DNA of 63,918 nt, filler included, from Lama guanicoe (GCA_013239625.1; 76 parts of 73 records of this genome joined end to end with filler, not necessarily neighbours in it); one strand, 5' to 3'. Shown: positions 35,177 through 48,974, numbered from the whole stretch's first letter. Made by a program: numbers and translations. The notes: generated by a model not told the origin, from the sequence alone.

Positions 35177-36090
35177 TAGAATATAGAATACGGAATGCAG
35201 AATATAGAATGAAGAACACAAAATAAAGAATGTAAAATAGAGTATATAGACCACAAAAATTAGAACATGGAATGCAGAACACAGAGTTTAGAATATAGAA
35301 TACGGAATGCAGAATATAGAATGAAGAACACAAAATAAAGATTATAAAATAGAGTATATAGACCACAAAAATTAGAACATGGGATGCAGAACACAGAATG
35401 TAGAATATAGAATACGGAATGCAGAATATAGAATGAAGAACACAAAATAAAGATTATAAAATAGAGTATATAGACCACAAAAATTAGAACATGGGATGCA
35501 GAACACAGAATGTAGAATATAGAATACGGAATGCAGAATATAGAATGAAGAACACAAAATAAAGATTATAAAATAGAGTATATAGACCACAAAAATTAGA
35601 ACATGGGATGCAGAACACAGAATGTAGAATATAGAATACAGAATGCAGAATATATAATTTAGAATATAGAATGCATAACACAAATTTTAGTATATATAAT
35701 ACAGAATATAGAACCCAGTATTTAGAAAATGGAATTCAAAACACAGAATTAAGAATATACAATATAGAATACTGAATAAAGAATTTAGAATATAGAATTA
35801 AGAACACAGAATATAGATTATAGAATACGGAATATAGGATAAAATATACAGAATATAGAATGTAGAAAACATATTATAGAATAAAACACATAATATAGAA
35901 TAAACAAGAGAGAATATAGAACCAAGAATTTAGAACATGGCATGCAGAACACACAATTTAGAACATTGAATGCAGAACACAGTATATAGAATAGAATATA
36001 AAGAATACGTAATATAGAAATTAGAACATAGAATGCGGGATAAAGAATTTAGAATATAGAATACAGAATACTGAATATAGAATTTAGAAT
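35177..36090. repeat. 7-bp satellite with a 112-bp higher-order repeat
   Basis: gaccacaaaa occurs at 35249, 35361, 35473 and 35585. Confidence 0.95.
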
Positions 36091-36819
36091 NNNNNNNNNN
36101 NNNNNNNNNNNNNNNNNNNNNNNNNNNNNNNNNNTTAATTAATTAANNNNNNNNNNNNNNNNNNNNNNNNNNNNNNNNNNNNNNNNNNNNAAGGAAGTCG
36201 GGTTTTGGAGCAGGGAGCCTGGGCAGTGCATTGTTGTTCATAAGAAAATCCTGGGCTCTAGATCCACGAAGTCATTGGCTTGATTCCTGACCCCAACTCT
36301 CATCTTGGGCAAATGTTTGACGCTTTCTGTGGCTCTGTTTCTTGGTGTCCCGAATGGGGACATTAGTAGCAATTACCTCTGAGAGTCGGGAGGGCCCTTA
36401 TAGATGTCATTTCATTACGCTCACAGCAGCCCACGAGCACGGTGCTAGGTCCCCCATTTTACACGTGGCAGACGGGTAACCTTTTAATCAGTAATCACGC
36501 AGCTAAGAATGGTCAGAACCACCATTTGAATATGATCCCTATGTCCAGGTAATTTCTATTCTCAAAAACTAGTAAAGTCAGAACTAACGCTGCTGGGAAG
36601 TGGGAGCTTGAAAGATGCTTTTCATCTTCGCCATTGGGGAGTGTTGAGTTCACGTTCCTCACAGCCAGTCCGAGGCCCCCTGCGTCTCTGGCTGCCCCTG
36701 GTGGGATCTGCAGGTCTCTGGGCAGCTTCTCCTTGATCTCTACCCCAAGGCTCTCTGCTCTCTGCAGGTTGAATCTGAACCCTGACTGCTCAGTATAGCT
36801 TATGTCTAAAAGCAAAAAA

Positions 36820-36869
36820 GGGTGGGGAGGGTACGGCTCAGTGGTAGAGCACGTGCTTAGCATGCAAGA
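36820..36869 (+). mobile_element. Vic-1-type SINE 5' end
   Basis: ggggagggtacggctcagtggtagagcacgtgcttagcatgc. Confidence 0.85.
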
Positions 36870-36969
36870 NNNNNNNNNNNNNNNNNNNNNNNNNNNNNNN
36901 NNNNNNNNNNNNNTTAATTAATTAANNNNNNNNNNNNNNNNNNNNNNNNNNNNNNNNNNNNNNNNNNNN

Positions 36970-37482
36970 CTGTTCTGTTGCAGACTCCACTCCATACATA
37001 TATATGGGGAGGAAAAAGGTCCAACCCTAATTTACAGTGAAAACTCCAGGAACTTCAAACCGGCACTAGGAAACAGACTGAGAAACCAGAGTAAGTGTTT
37101 CTCCTGCAACCTGTTCCCTTTGTGCTNNNNNNNNNNNNNNNNNNNNNNNNNNNNNNNNNNNNNNNNNNNNNNNNNNNNNNNNNNNNNNNNNNNNNNNNNN
37201 NNNNNNNNNNNNNNNNNNNNNNNNNNNNNNNNNNCACTCCTTACATATATATGGGGAGGTACAAGCTCCAATTTGTTTGACGGTGAAAACTGCAGGAACT
37301 TCAAACCGGCACTAGGAAACAGACTGGGAAACCAGAGTAAGTGTTTCTCCTGCAACCTGTTCCATTTGTGCTAGATGAACGAACGTTTCTTCACATGTTC
37401 AGTTTTGAGAGTTTAGCGAGTGTGAAAGCCGTTCTTCACCAAGATTGTAGGGAACACAAATTTTCTCTTCAGTTGCAAATTC
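36970..37482 (+). repeat. ~248-bp satellite, subfamily A
   Basis: Same monomer as 4617-5562. Confidence 0.93.
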
Positions 37483-37582
37483 NNNNNNNNNNNNNNNNNN
37501 NNNNNNNNNNNNNNNNNNNNNNNNNNTTAATTAATTAANNNNNNNNNNNNNNNNNNNNNNNNNNNNNNNNNNNNNNNNNNNN

Positions 37583-38415
37583 TCTCTTCAGTCACAGGTC
37601 TTCCCGGTGCCGGGGAAGTCCGAGAAACACCTTCCCTGAACCTCGGGAGGCTGCCTCTGTCTCTGGGATTTCCTGTAAACCCCCTACCTTTCAAAGTGTT
37701 CCCTGGCACAGAGACATTAGGAAAACCCCAGGGGTGACGAGCTTAGTCACTCCATTAAACCCACGCACTGCCGACCTTTGGAGGAACCTCCCGACGCTCA
37801 GGTTTCCGGAACAATTGTCAGTGCGTGGGGGAGCTCGAGAGTCAACTCCACGCAGCTCTCTTCCGTCACAGTTGTTCCCTGCTAGGGGGAAGTCCGAGAA
37901 ACATCTTCCCTGACCTTGGGGAGGCAGCCGCTGACACTGGGCATGGCAGCGCAGAACCCCAGCATTCCCTGGCAGCCAGACATAAGGAAAACCCTCAGGG
38001 GAGACGGGCTAAGGGATTCCGTTAGAATCCATGCGCTGCCGAATATTGGTGGAACCTCCCAACCCTCAGGATTCAAGAACCATTGTCTCAGCTTGGGGGA
38101 GCTCGAGAGTCAACTCCACGCAGCTCTCTTCCGTCACAGTTGTCCCTACTAGGGGGAAGTCCGAGAAATACCTTCCCTAACCTTTGGGAGGCAACCGCTG
38201 ACACTGGACATTCCAGCTCAGACCCCCAGCATTTCCTGGCAGACAGGCATTTGGAAAACACTCAGGGGAGACTAGCTTAGGCATTCCGTTAAAACCAACG
38301 CGCTGCCGACCGTTGGTGTAACCTCCCCCGCTCAGGATTCCGGAACCATAATCAGTGCGTGGGGGCGCTCGAGAGACAATTCCACGCAACTCTCTTCAGT
38401 CACAGGTGTTCCCTG
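37583..38415 (-). repeat. 267-bp satellite
   Basis: About three monomers, in the same orientation as 22803-23704. Confidence 0.93.
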
Positions 38416-38515
38416 NNNNNNNNNNNNNNNNNNNNNNNNNNNNNNNNNNNNNNNNNNNNTTAATTAATTAANNNNNNNNNNNNNNNNNNNNNNNNNNNNN
38501 NNNNNNNNNNNNNNN

Positions 38516-39667
38516 TTTTCTGCATTCCATGTTCTAAGTCCTGTGTTCTATATTCTGTATTCTACGTTCTATATTCTGTGTCCTACATTCAATATTCTAA
38601 ATTGTACATTAATTATTCTGTATACTATATATTCTAAATTATGTGTTCTGCATTAAATGTTCTAAATTCTGGCTTCTATATTCTTTATTTTCTATTCTGT
38701 GTTCTTCGTTTTATATTTTAAATTTTATTTTATGCATTCAGTAATTTATATTCTAAACTCTGTGTTCTACATTCTATATTCTAAATTCTGTGTTCNNNNN
38801 NNNNNNNNNNNNNNNNNNNNNNNNNNNNNNNNNNNNNNNNNNNNNNNNNNNNNNNNNNNNNNNNNNNNNNNNNNNNNNNNNNNNNNNNNNNNNNNNNNNN
38901 NNNNNNNNNNNNNNNNNNNNNNNNNNNNNNNNNNNNNNNNNNNNNNNNNNNNNNNNNNNNNNNNNNNNNNNNNNNNNNNNNNNNNNNNNNNNNNNNNNNN
39001 NNNNNNNNNNNNNNNNNNNNNNNNNNNNNNNNNNNNNNNNNNNNNNNNNNNNNNNNNNNNNNNNNNNNNNNNNNNNNNNNNNNNNNNNNCTCTATTCTAT
39101 ATTCTGTGGTCTGCATTCTATATTCTAAATTCTATATTCTGTATTCTGTATTCTATATTTTAATTCTGTGTTATACATTCTATATTCTAATCATTATATT
39201 CAGAATTCTGTATTCTATATTCTAAATTCTATGTTCTGCATTCCATACTCTAAATTCTGGGTTCTATATTCTCTATTCTATATTCTATATTCTAAATTCT
39301 ATCTTCAGAATTCTGTATTCTATATTCTAAATTCTATCTTCAGAATTCTGTATTCTATATTCTAAATTCTATCTTCAGAATTCTGTATTCTATATTCTAA
39401 ATTCTATCTTCAGAATTCTGTATTCTATATTCTAAATTCTATCTTCAGAATTCTGTATTCTATATTCTAAATTCTATCTTCAGAATTCTGTATTCTATAT
39501 TCTAATTCCTGTGTTCTACATTCCATGTTCTAAACTCTGGGTTATATATTCTGTAATCTGTAATCAATATTCTGTGTTCTTCATTCTATATTGTAAATTT
39601 ATATTCTATATTCCGTAATATATTCTAAACTCTGTGTTCTACATTCTATATTCTAAATTCTGTGTTC
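38516..39667. repeat. 7-bp satellite with a 35-bp perfect sub-array
   Basis: atcttcag occurs at 39301, 39336, 39371, 39406, 39441 and 39476. Confidence 0.95.
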
Positions 39668-39767
39668 NNNNNNNNNNNNNNNNNNNNNNNNNNNNNNNNN
39701 NNNNNNNNNNNTTAATTAATTAANNNNNNNNNNNNNNNNNNNNNNNNNNNNNNNNNNNNNNNNNNNN

Positions 39768-40120
39768 CTTTGATATCATTCATATGTGGAATCTTAAAAA
39801 AAGAAAAAGAAAAAAAAGACATCTATGAAACAGAAATAGACTTGCAGACATAGTAAACAATCTTATGGTTACCAGGGAAAGGGGTGGGAAAGGATAAATT
39901 TGGGAGTTTGAGATTCACAAATGTTAGCCACTTTATATAAAAATAGATTAAAAAAAATTCTTCTGTATAGCACAGGGAAATTTGTTCAATATCTTGTAAT
40001 AACCTTTAGTGAAAAAAATACGAAAACAAATATATGTATGTATATGCATGACTAGGACATTGTGCTGTACACCAGAGATTGACACATTGTAACTGACTGT
40101 AGTTCAATTTTTAAAAAAAG
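39768..40120 (+). mobile_element. LINE-1 3' UTR and terminus
   Basis: atatgtggaatcttaaaa...cttctgtatagcacaggga...tgtgctgtacaccagag followed by an A-rich end. Confidence 0.88.
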
Positions 40121-40401
40121 AAGACCAAGTGGAGATCCAATGAACAAAATAACATGGTGCCCTGCTGTCATACCACACTTTAGGCTGGGTGTTAAAAAAC
40201 ACAACAAAATGAACAAACAAAAAAACTTCCTATCTTAAATCTTTAGGAAAACTTATGGGTCTTAACTAATCATATTCATAAAAGAAATACTTTATAGAGC
40301 CNNNNNNNNNNNNNNNNNNNNNNNNNNNNNNNNNNNNNNNNNNNNTTAATTAATTAANNNNNNNNNNNNNNNNNNNNNNNNNNNNNNNNNNNNNNNNNNN
40401 N

Positions 40402-41186
40402 ATACACACAGAAAAAGCATTAGACAAAATTCAACATACATTCATGATCAAAACTCTCCTAAAATAGAGTATAATGGGAACATCTCTCAACATACTAAAG
40501 GTCATTTATAACAATTTATAATAGTTAGGGGAAATGCTGAAAGCCTTCTGGGTAAATTTGGGAACAAGATAAGGATTCCCACTCTCAGCATTTCTGTTCC
40601 ATAATAAAAGAAGAAAGGAAAAAGGAAGAAAAAGAAGAAAAAGAAATGCAAAATTGAAAGAAAGAGGCAAAATTGGCACCAGTACTGATGTCATAACAAT
40701 CTACATAGAGTCCTATGTGCTCCACACAGACTAATATCAACAATAAATAATTTCATAAAGGGAGCAGAGTGCAAGATTAATGTAAAGTTTTCTCTTGCAT
40801 TTCCACACGTTAATCATGAGATACTCTAAAATGGAAGTTGAAAGCAATACTATTTAAAATCCCATTCCCCCATATATCTTGGAATATATGTAACCACATA
40901 TATGAAAGGTCTAAAAAATGAAAATAAAATAACATTGAAATTCAAAAAATTGAAAGATGTCTTGTGCTCTTGGTTTGAAGGAGTTAATATTGTTAACATG
41001 GCCGAACTACACAAAGAAACCTACAGATTTTGTGCAAATCCTGTTATGAAGCTGTACTATTTCCCACATAACTTGAAAATAAATAACTAAGTTCTATATG
41101 AAACCATTAAAAATTGTCAAAATGAAACAACAAATACGGGGTATAAACCTCCCGGATTCTTTACTATACTACGAAGCTACAGTAAT
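40402..41186 (+). mobile_element. Old LINE-1 ORF2 RT fragment
   Basis: cagaaaaagcattagacaaaattcaacat (EKAxDKIQH) followed by colinear degenerate ORF2. Confidence 0.85.
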
Positions 41187-41286
41187 NNNNNNNNNNNNNN
41201 NNNNNNNNNNNNNNNNNNNNNNNNNNNNNNTTAATTAATTAANNNNNNNNNNNNNNNNNNNNNNNNNNNNNNNNNNNNNNNNNNNN

Positions 41287-41350
41287 GAGGCCCTGGGGCT
41301 TAATCCCAGGACCCCGTGCACGCTAAGCACACGCTGTACCACCCGACCCA
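41287..41350 (-). mobile_element. Vic-1-type SINE remnant
   Basis: cccaggaccccgtgcacgctaagcacacgctgtaccac. Confidence 0.7.
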
Positions 41351-43262
41351 TCATCTTTTTCGTTTTGCTTTAGCTGCCAAGAATCTTATAGCTGAATTTC
41401 TAGTCGGCCTTTAACACTTGCCGTGACTTCATGAAATCCATTTTTATGAGTTTATCTCCCCGTGGTTTCATTTAAGTATTGAATCTCCATTTTCTCTTCA
41501 CTCTCAATTTTGCCTTTTTGTTGTTATGGTTGTTAAGCTGTGTTGAAAAAAATTGTTTAATTTCTCTTTTAGCAGGAGGCTCAAAGTGAATATGTAAACA
41601 AACAGCACACATAAATGGTTTTATACATTCTAAGCTGTTTAGTAGTTACTTAAAAGCCGAATTGAATATTAAAGTGATAACATTTTAAAATAATTTAATT
41701 TTTTATAAAGATACAGCTGATTTAAAATGATATAAGTTTCAGGTGTACAATAGATGCTCCATTTATAGTTACTGTNNNNNNNNNNNNNNNNNNNNNNNNN
41801 NNNNNNNNNNNNNNNNNNNTTAATTAATTAANNNNNNNNNNNNNNNNNNNNNNNNNNNNNNNNNNNNNNNNNNNNGGTCCCCACTTAGCTCTAAACTTTT
41901 CACTACTATATATATATATTTTTTTTTTTACATGAAGTTTACAAGGAGCAGTTGTGGGTGATAATCACAAAAACTGTATTTGAAATCTGAAAGCTTGGGT
42001 TCTTCTGATTCAGACCTTTTTAAAAAAATTTCTTACTTTTAGCAAATCATTTAACTACTTCTTAACTTCAATTTTCTGCTGTTTGAGGGCACCAAATTAG
42101 ATTCTTGAAATAGACAGTCTGTATTCTTCAGGTTTCTAGTGTGTTTTAGAAATATTTGTTAGGGGAGCTAGAACAGACAGGGCTTCCACTTCAGTGCAGT
42201 TATGTTTTTAACTTTTTATAATTAGAGATTGAGAAATCATTTCATTTGAAAACAAAATGATTCCATTTATTTTTTATGAAAAGTTTAAAAACCACAGGAT
42301 TANNNNNNNNNNNNNNNNNNNNNNNNNNNNNNNNNNNNNNNNNNNNNNNNNNNNNNNNNNNNNNNNNNNNNNNNNNNNNNNNNNNNNNNNNNNNNNNNNN
42401 NNNNNNNNNNNNNNNNNNNNNNNNNNNNNNNNNNNNNNNNNNNNNNNNNNNNNNNNNNNNNNNNNNCATTAATAACAACACAGTATATCTTTGATAGAGT
42501 TCAACTTTTCTTCTTCCTTTTTCCTTTTTCTTCTTAGTCTTTCCAAATTAGGATAATTGTGGTCTCTGACTTTTTTCCAGTTAAATTTTTAAAATACATT
42601 TTTATTTTTTACATTCTACAATCACTTTTGACTTTTGGAATTAATATAAGATAGAGACAGGTATGCAGACAAAACCAAACACTAAATGCTAGGAAGTTAA
42701 ATTTTAGTTACATTTATGCCCGGGGTGGGGGAACTTCCTAAGACAGTGGAAACTACTGATAACTTTTAAAAACTAAATCANNNNNNNNNNNNNNNNNNNN
42801 NNNNNNNNNNNNNNNNNNNNNNNNTTAATTAATTAANNNNNNNNNNNNNNNNNNNNNNNNNNNNNNNNNNNNNNNNNNNNTTGTCAAAATCTATCAGCCT
42901 CAGTGATACATGTTGTCAAAGACTAGAGAATGATTATGATGATAATGATGATTTTGATAATATCTAATATTATTGAGTGCTATATGCCTCCATTTGATTC
43001 CCTAATTGTTCTAATAGTGGAATATTGCTGCCTTCCATTTTATTACTGAGAAAATTAAGGAACAGATAATTTTTAACTAATATGCCCAATATCATAAAGC
43101 CCTATGCCAAAGCCAATTATTTCAAATATTAAGCTTTATGGAAAAAATATTATCATTGTTCANNNNNNNNNNNNNNNNNNNNNNNNNNNNNNNNNNNNNN
43201 NNNNNNTTAATTAATTAANNNNNNNNNNNNNNNNNNNNNNNNNNNNNNNNNNNNNNNNNNNN

Positions 43263-44032
43263 TAAAAGCAAGAATAAACAAATGGGACCTAAAGAAACTT
43301 ACAATCTTCTGCACAGCAAAGGACACCATAAGTAAAAAACAAGACAACCTACGAATGGGAGAATATTTTTGCAAATGAAACTGACAAAGGCTTGATCTCC
43401 AGAATATATAAGCAGCTCAAATGACTTAATAAGAAACAACCAAATAACCAAAACCAAAAATGGGCAGAANNNNNNNNNNNNNNNNNNNNNNNNNNNNNNN
43501 NNNNNNNNNNNNNNNNNNNNNNNNNNNNNNNNNNNNNNNNNNNNNNNNNNNNNNNNNNNNNNNNNNNNNNNNNNNNNNNNNNNNNNNNNNNNNNNNNNNN
43601 NNNNNNNNNNNNNNNNNNNNNNNNNNNNNNNNNNNNNNNNNNNNNNNNNNNNNNNNNNNNNNNNNNNNNNNNNNNNNNNNNNNNNNNNNNNNNNNNNNNN
43701 NNNNNNNNNNNNNNNNNNNNNNNNNNNNNNNNNNNNNNNNNNNNNNNNNNNNNNNNNNNNNNNNNNNNNNNNNNNNNNNNNNNNNNNNNNNNNNNNNNNN
43801 NNNNNNNNNNNNNNNNNNNNNNNNNNNNNNNNNNNNNNNNNNNNNNNNNNNNNNNNNNNNNNNNNNNNNNNNNNNNNNNNNNNNNNNNNNNNNNNNNNNN
43901 NNNNNNNNNNNNNNNNNNNNNNNNNNNNNNNNNNNNNNNNNNNNNNNNNNNNNNNNNNNAAAAACTGACAATATAGGGCCATTTGCAGCAACATGGATGC
44001 TCCTGGAGAATGTCATTCTAAGTTAAGTAAGC
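43263..44032 (+). mobile_element. LINE-1 ORF2 3' region (gapped)
   Basis: ataaacaaatgggaccta...ttctgcacagcaaagg; translation GPFAATWMLLENVILS. Confidence 0.92.
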
Positions 44033-44264
44033 ACGGTAACAAGGAATAAAGACAAGTTACCCACATGTACAGTTATTTTGATTAAAATATCCACACAGAA
44101 AGCAAGTCACCCCCACGACTGCTGCCAGGAGGAGCATCTGAGTGTAATAGCCCAGCCAAGCAAAGTAGATTCCGAACTTCTCTCCATAGAATTTCCTGCA
44201 GAAAGACAGAAGGAAGTTTCAGAAGACACAAATAATCACTCTGTAGCTTCATCCTCATGTTAAT

Positions 44265-44368
44265 TTATTTTTTCTTCTTGGGGGGGCATAATTAGGTTTA
44301 TTTATTTGTTTTTAAATGGAAGCATTGGGGATTGAACCCAGGACCTCATGCATGCTAGACATGCACTC
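44265..44368 (-). mobile_element. Vic-1-type SINE (antisense)
   Basis: ttggggattgaacccaggacctcatgcatgctag. Confidence 0.85.
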
Positions 44369-44468
44369 NNNNNNNNNNNNNNNNNNNNNNNNNNNNNNNN
44401 NNNNNNNNNNNNTTAATTAATTAANNNNNNNNNNNNNNNNNNNNNNNNNNNNNNNNNNNNNNNNNNNN

Positions 44469-46288
44469 CTGTTTTCTGAATTCCATGTTCTAAATACTGG
44501 GTTCTGCATTCTGTATTGTATATTCTATATTCTGTTTTCTATATTCTGTTTTCTATATTCTATATTCTGTATTCTGTATTCTTTATTCTAAACTCTGTGT
44601 TCTGAATTCCATGTTGTAAATTCTGTGTCTGTATTCTGTATTCTGAATTCTATATTCTCTGTTTTACATCCAGTATTCTACATTCTATATTCTGTATTCT
44701 GTATACAATATTCCATATTCTGTGTTGTACAATCTATATTCTATATTCTATATTCTATATTCTGTACTCTACATTCTAAATTCTGTATTGTGAATTCAAA
44801 GTTGTATAATCAAGTTTCTGCATTCTGTATTCTATATTCTATATTCTGTGTTCTACATTCTGTATTCTACATTGTATATTATGTATTCTGTATTCTATAT
44901 TCTATATTATGCGTTCTGANNNNNNNNNNNNNNNNNNNNNNNNNNNNNNNNNNNNNNNNNNNNTTAATTAATTAANNNNNNNNNNNNNNNNNNNNNNNNN
45001 NNNNNNNNNNNNNNNNNNNTATTCTAAATTCTGTGTTCTGAATTCCATCTTCTAAATACTGGGTTCTGTATTCTGTATTTTATATTCTATATTCTGTGTT
45101 ATACAATCTGTTTTCTACATTCTGTATTCTGTATTCAGAATTCTATTATTATATTCTGTGTTCTACATTCTATATTCTACATTTTATTTCTCAATCCTAT
45201 ATTCTATATACTGTGTTCTGAATTCCATATTCTAAATTCTGNNNNNNNNNNNNNNNNNNNNNNNNNNNNNNNNNNNNNNNNNNNNTTAATTAATTAANNN
45301 NNNNNNNNNNNNNNNNNNNNNNNNNNNNNNNNNNNNNNNNNCAAAATTCTGGGTTCAATATTCTTTTTTCTATATTCTGTATTCTGTGTCAAAATTCTAT
45401 ATTCTGTATTCAATATTTTGCATTCCATATACTACATTATATATTCTGTGTTCTACATTCTATATTCCAAATTCTATATTCAGTATTCTGTATTCTATAT
45501 TCTAAATTCTGTGTTCTGCATTCCATGTTCTAAATTATGTTTTCTGTATTCTTTGTTTCATATTCTATATTCTGTTTTCTATATTCTATATTCTGTATTC
45601 TCTATTCTGATTTCCGTATTCTACATTCTATATTCTGTGTTCTACATTCTATATTCCAAATTCTATATTCAGTATTCTGTATTCTATATTCTAAATTCTG
45701 TGTTCTGCATTCCATGTTCTAAATTATGTTTTCTGTATTCTTTGTTTCATATTCTATATTCTGTTTTCTACATTCTATATTCTGTATTCTCTATTCTGAT
45801 TTCCGTATTCTACATTCTATATTCTGTGTTCTACATTCCATATTCTAAATTCAATATGCACTATTCTGTATTCTATATTCTAATTACTGTGTTCTGCAAT
45901 CCATGTTCTTATTTCTGTTATCTGTAGGTTTTTTCCATATTCTATATTCTGTTTTCAACATTCTATATTCTGTATTCTATATTCTGCATTCCGTATTCTA
46001 TATTCAAATTTCTGTGTTCTACATTCTATATTCTAAATTCTATTTTCAGTATTCCGTATTCTATATTCTAAATTCTGTGTTCTGCATTTTATATTCTAAA
46101 TTCTGTGTTGTNNNNNNNNNNNNNNNNNNNNNNNNNNNNNNNNNNNNNNNNNNNNNNNNNNNNNNNNNNNNNNNNNNNNNNNNNNNNNNNNNNNNNNNNN
46201 NNNNNNNNNNNNNNNNNNNNNCCTAAATTCTCTATTCAGTATTCTATATTGTATATTCTAAATTCTGTGTTCTGCATTCCATGTTCTA
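44469..46288. repeat. 7-bp satellite (three scaffolds), including a 189-bp duplication
   Basis: Heptamer periodicity; ttccatgttctaaattatg occurs at 45521 and 45710. Confidence 0.95.
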
Positions 46289-46388
46289 NNNNNNNNNNNN
46301 NNNNNNNNNNNNNNNNNNNNNNNNNNNNNNNNTTAATTAATTAANNNNNNNNNNNNNNNNNNNNNNNNNNNNNNNNNNNNNNNNNNNN

Positions 46389-47279
46389 AGAGACGTTCGT
46401 TCATCCAGCACAAAGGGAACGGGTTGCAGAAGAAACAGTTACTCTGGTTTCTCAATCTTTTTCCTAGTGCCGGTTTGAAGTGCCTTCCGTTTTCACTGTA
46501 AAACCGAGTTGGAGCTTGTACCTCCCCATATATATGTATGGAGTGGAGTTGTCAACTGAAAAGAAACTTTGTGTTCCCTTCAAGCTAGGTGAAGGACGGA
46601 TTTCACACACACTTATCTCTCAGAACTGAGCATGTGGAGAGACGTTCGTTCATCCAGCACAAAGGGAACGGGTTGCAGGAGAAACACTTACTCGGGTTTC
46701 TCAGTCGGTTTCCTAGTGCCGGTTTGAAGTGCCTACCGTTTTCCCTGTAAAATCGAGATGGAGCTTGTACCTCCACATATATATGTATGGAGTGGAGTTG
46801 ACAACTGAAAAGAAACTTGTGTTCCCTTCAAGCTAGGTGAAGGACGGCTTTCACCCACCCTTATCTCTCAGAACTGCGCCTGTGGANNNNNNNNNNNNNN
46901 NNNNNNNNNNNNNNNNNNNNNNNNNNNNNNNNNNNNNNNNNNNNNNNNNNNNNNNNNNNNNNNNNNNNNNNNNNNNNNNNNNNNNNNNNNNNNNNNNNNN
47001 NNNNNNNNNNNNNNNNNNNNNNNNNNNNNNNNNNNNNNNNNNNNNNNNNNCTTTGTGTTCCCTTCAAGCTTGGTGAAGGACGGCTTTCACACACACTTAT
47101 CTCTCAGAACTGAGCATGTGGAGAGGCGTTCGCTCATCCAGCACAACGGGAACTGGATGCAGGAGAAACACTTACTCTTGGTTCTCGGTTTGTTTCCTAA
47201 TGCCGGTTTGAAGTGCCTGCCGTTTTCCCTGTTATCCCGAGTTGGAGCTTGTACCTCCCCATATATATGTATGGAGTGG
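46389..47279 (-). repeat. ~248-bp satellite, subfamily B
   Basis: Same diagnostic variants as 24699-25444. Confidence 0.93.
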
Positions 47280-47379
47280 NNNNNNNNNNNNNNNNNNNNN
47301 NNNNNNNNNNNNNNNNNNNNNNNTTAATTAATTAANNNNNNNNNNNNNNNNNNNNNNNNNNNNNNNNNNNNNNNNNNNN

Positions 47380-48874
47380 TGTGCTAGATGAACGAACATC
47401 TCTCCTCATGCTCAATTTTGAGAGTTAAGTGAGTGTGAAAGCCGTCTTTCACCTAGCTTGTTGGGAACACAAAGATTCTCTTCAGTTGCAGACTCCACTC
47501 CATACATATATATGGGGAGGTATAAGCTCCAACTCGNNNNNNNNNNNNNNNNNNNNNNNNNNNNNNNNNNNNNNNNNNNNNNNNNNNNNNNNNNNNNNNN
47601 NNNNNNNNNNNNNNNNNNNNNNNNNNNNNNNNNNNNNNNNNNNNNNNNNNNNNNNNNNNNNNNNNNNNNNNNNNNNNNNNNNNNNNNNNNNNNNNNNNNN
47701 NNNNNNNNNNNNNNNNNNNNNNNNNNNNNNNNNNNNNNNNNNNNNNNNNNNNNNNNNNNNNNNNNNNNNNNNNNNNNNNNNNNNNNNNNNNNNNNNNNNN
47801 NNNNNNNNNNNNNNNNNNNNNNNNNNNNNNNNNNNNNNNNNNNNNNNNNNNNNNNNNNNNNNNNNNNNNNNNNNNNNNNNNNNNNNNNNNNNNNNNNNNN
47901 NNNNNNNNNNNNNNNNNNNNNNNNNNNNNNNNNNNNNNNNNNNNNNNNNNNNNNNNNNNNNNNNNNNNNNNNNNNNNNNNNNNNNNNNNNNNNNNNNNNN
48001 NNNNNNNNNNNNNNNNNNNNNNNNNNNNNNNNNNNNNNNNNNNNNNNNNNNNNNNNNNNNNNNNNNNNNNNNNNNNNNNNNNNNNNNNNNNNNNNNNNNN
48101 NNNNNNNNNNNNNNNNNNNNNNNNNNNNNNNNNNNNNNNNNNNNNNNNNNNNNNNNNNNNNNNNNNNNNNNNNNNNNNNNNNNNNNNNNNNNNNNNNNNN
48201 NNNNNNNNNNNNNNNNNNNNNNNNNNNNNNGAACACAAAGTTTCTCTTCAGTTGCAGACTCCAATCCATACATATATATGGGGAGGTACAAGCTCCAACT
48301 CGGTTTTACGGTGAAAACTGCAGGAACTTCAAACCGGCACTAGGAATGAGACTGAGTATCCAGAGTAATTGTTTCCCCTAAACCTGTTCACTTTGTACTT
48401 GATGAACGAACTTCTCTCACATGATCAGTTGTGAGAGTTAAGAGTGTGTGAAAGCTGTCCTTCACCGAGCTTGTTGGGAACACAAAGTCTCTCTTCATTT
48501 GCTAACTCCACTCCATAAATATATATGGGGAGGTACAAGCTCCAACTCGGTTTTACAGTGAAAACTGCAGGAACTTCAAACCGGCACTAGGAAACAGACT
48601 GAGAAACCAGAGTAAGTGTTTCTCCTGCAACATTTCCCCTTTGTGCTAGATGAACGAACGTCTCCCCACACGCTCAGTTTTGAGAGTTAAGCGTGTGTGA
48701 AAGCCCTACTTCACCAAGCTTGTTGGGAACACAAAGTTTCTCTTCAGTTGCAGACTCCACTCCATACATATATAAGGGGTAGTACAAATGGGTACAAGCT
48801 CCAAGTCGGATTCACAGTGAAAACTGGCAGGAATTTCAAACCGGCACTTGGAAACAGACTGAGAAACCAGAGTA
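47380..48874 (+). repeat. ~248-bp satellite, subfamily A
   Basis: gaacacaaag occurs at 48231, 48478 and 48727. Confidence 0.95.
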
Positions 48875-48974
48875 NNNNNNNNNNNNNNNNNNNNNNNNNN
48901 NNNNNNNNNNNNNNNNNNTTAATTAATTAANNNNNNNNNNNNNNNNNNNNNNNNNNNNNNNNNNNNNNNNNNNN

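Noticed and set aside
41573..41593. Possible 21-nt microexon encoding QEAQSEY
   Set aside because: The donor (TAT|GTAAAC) is weak and there is no supporting evidence.
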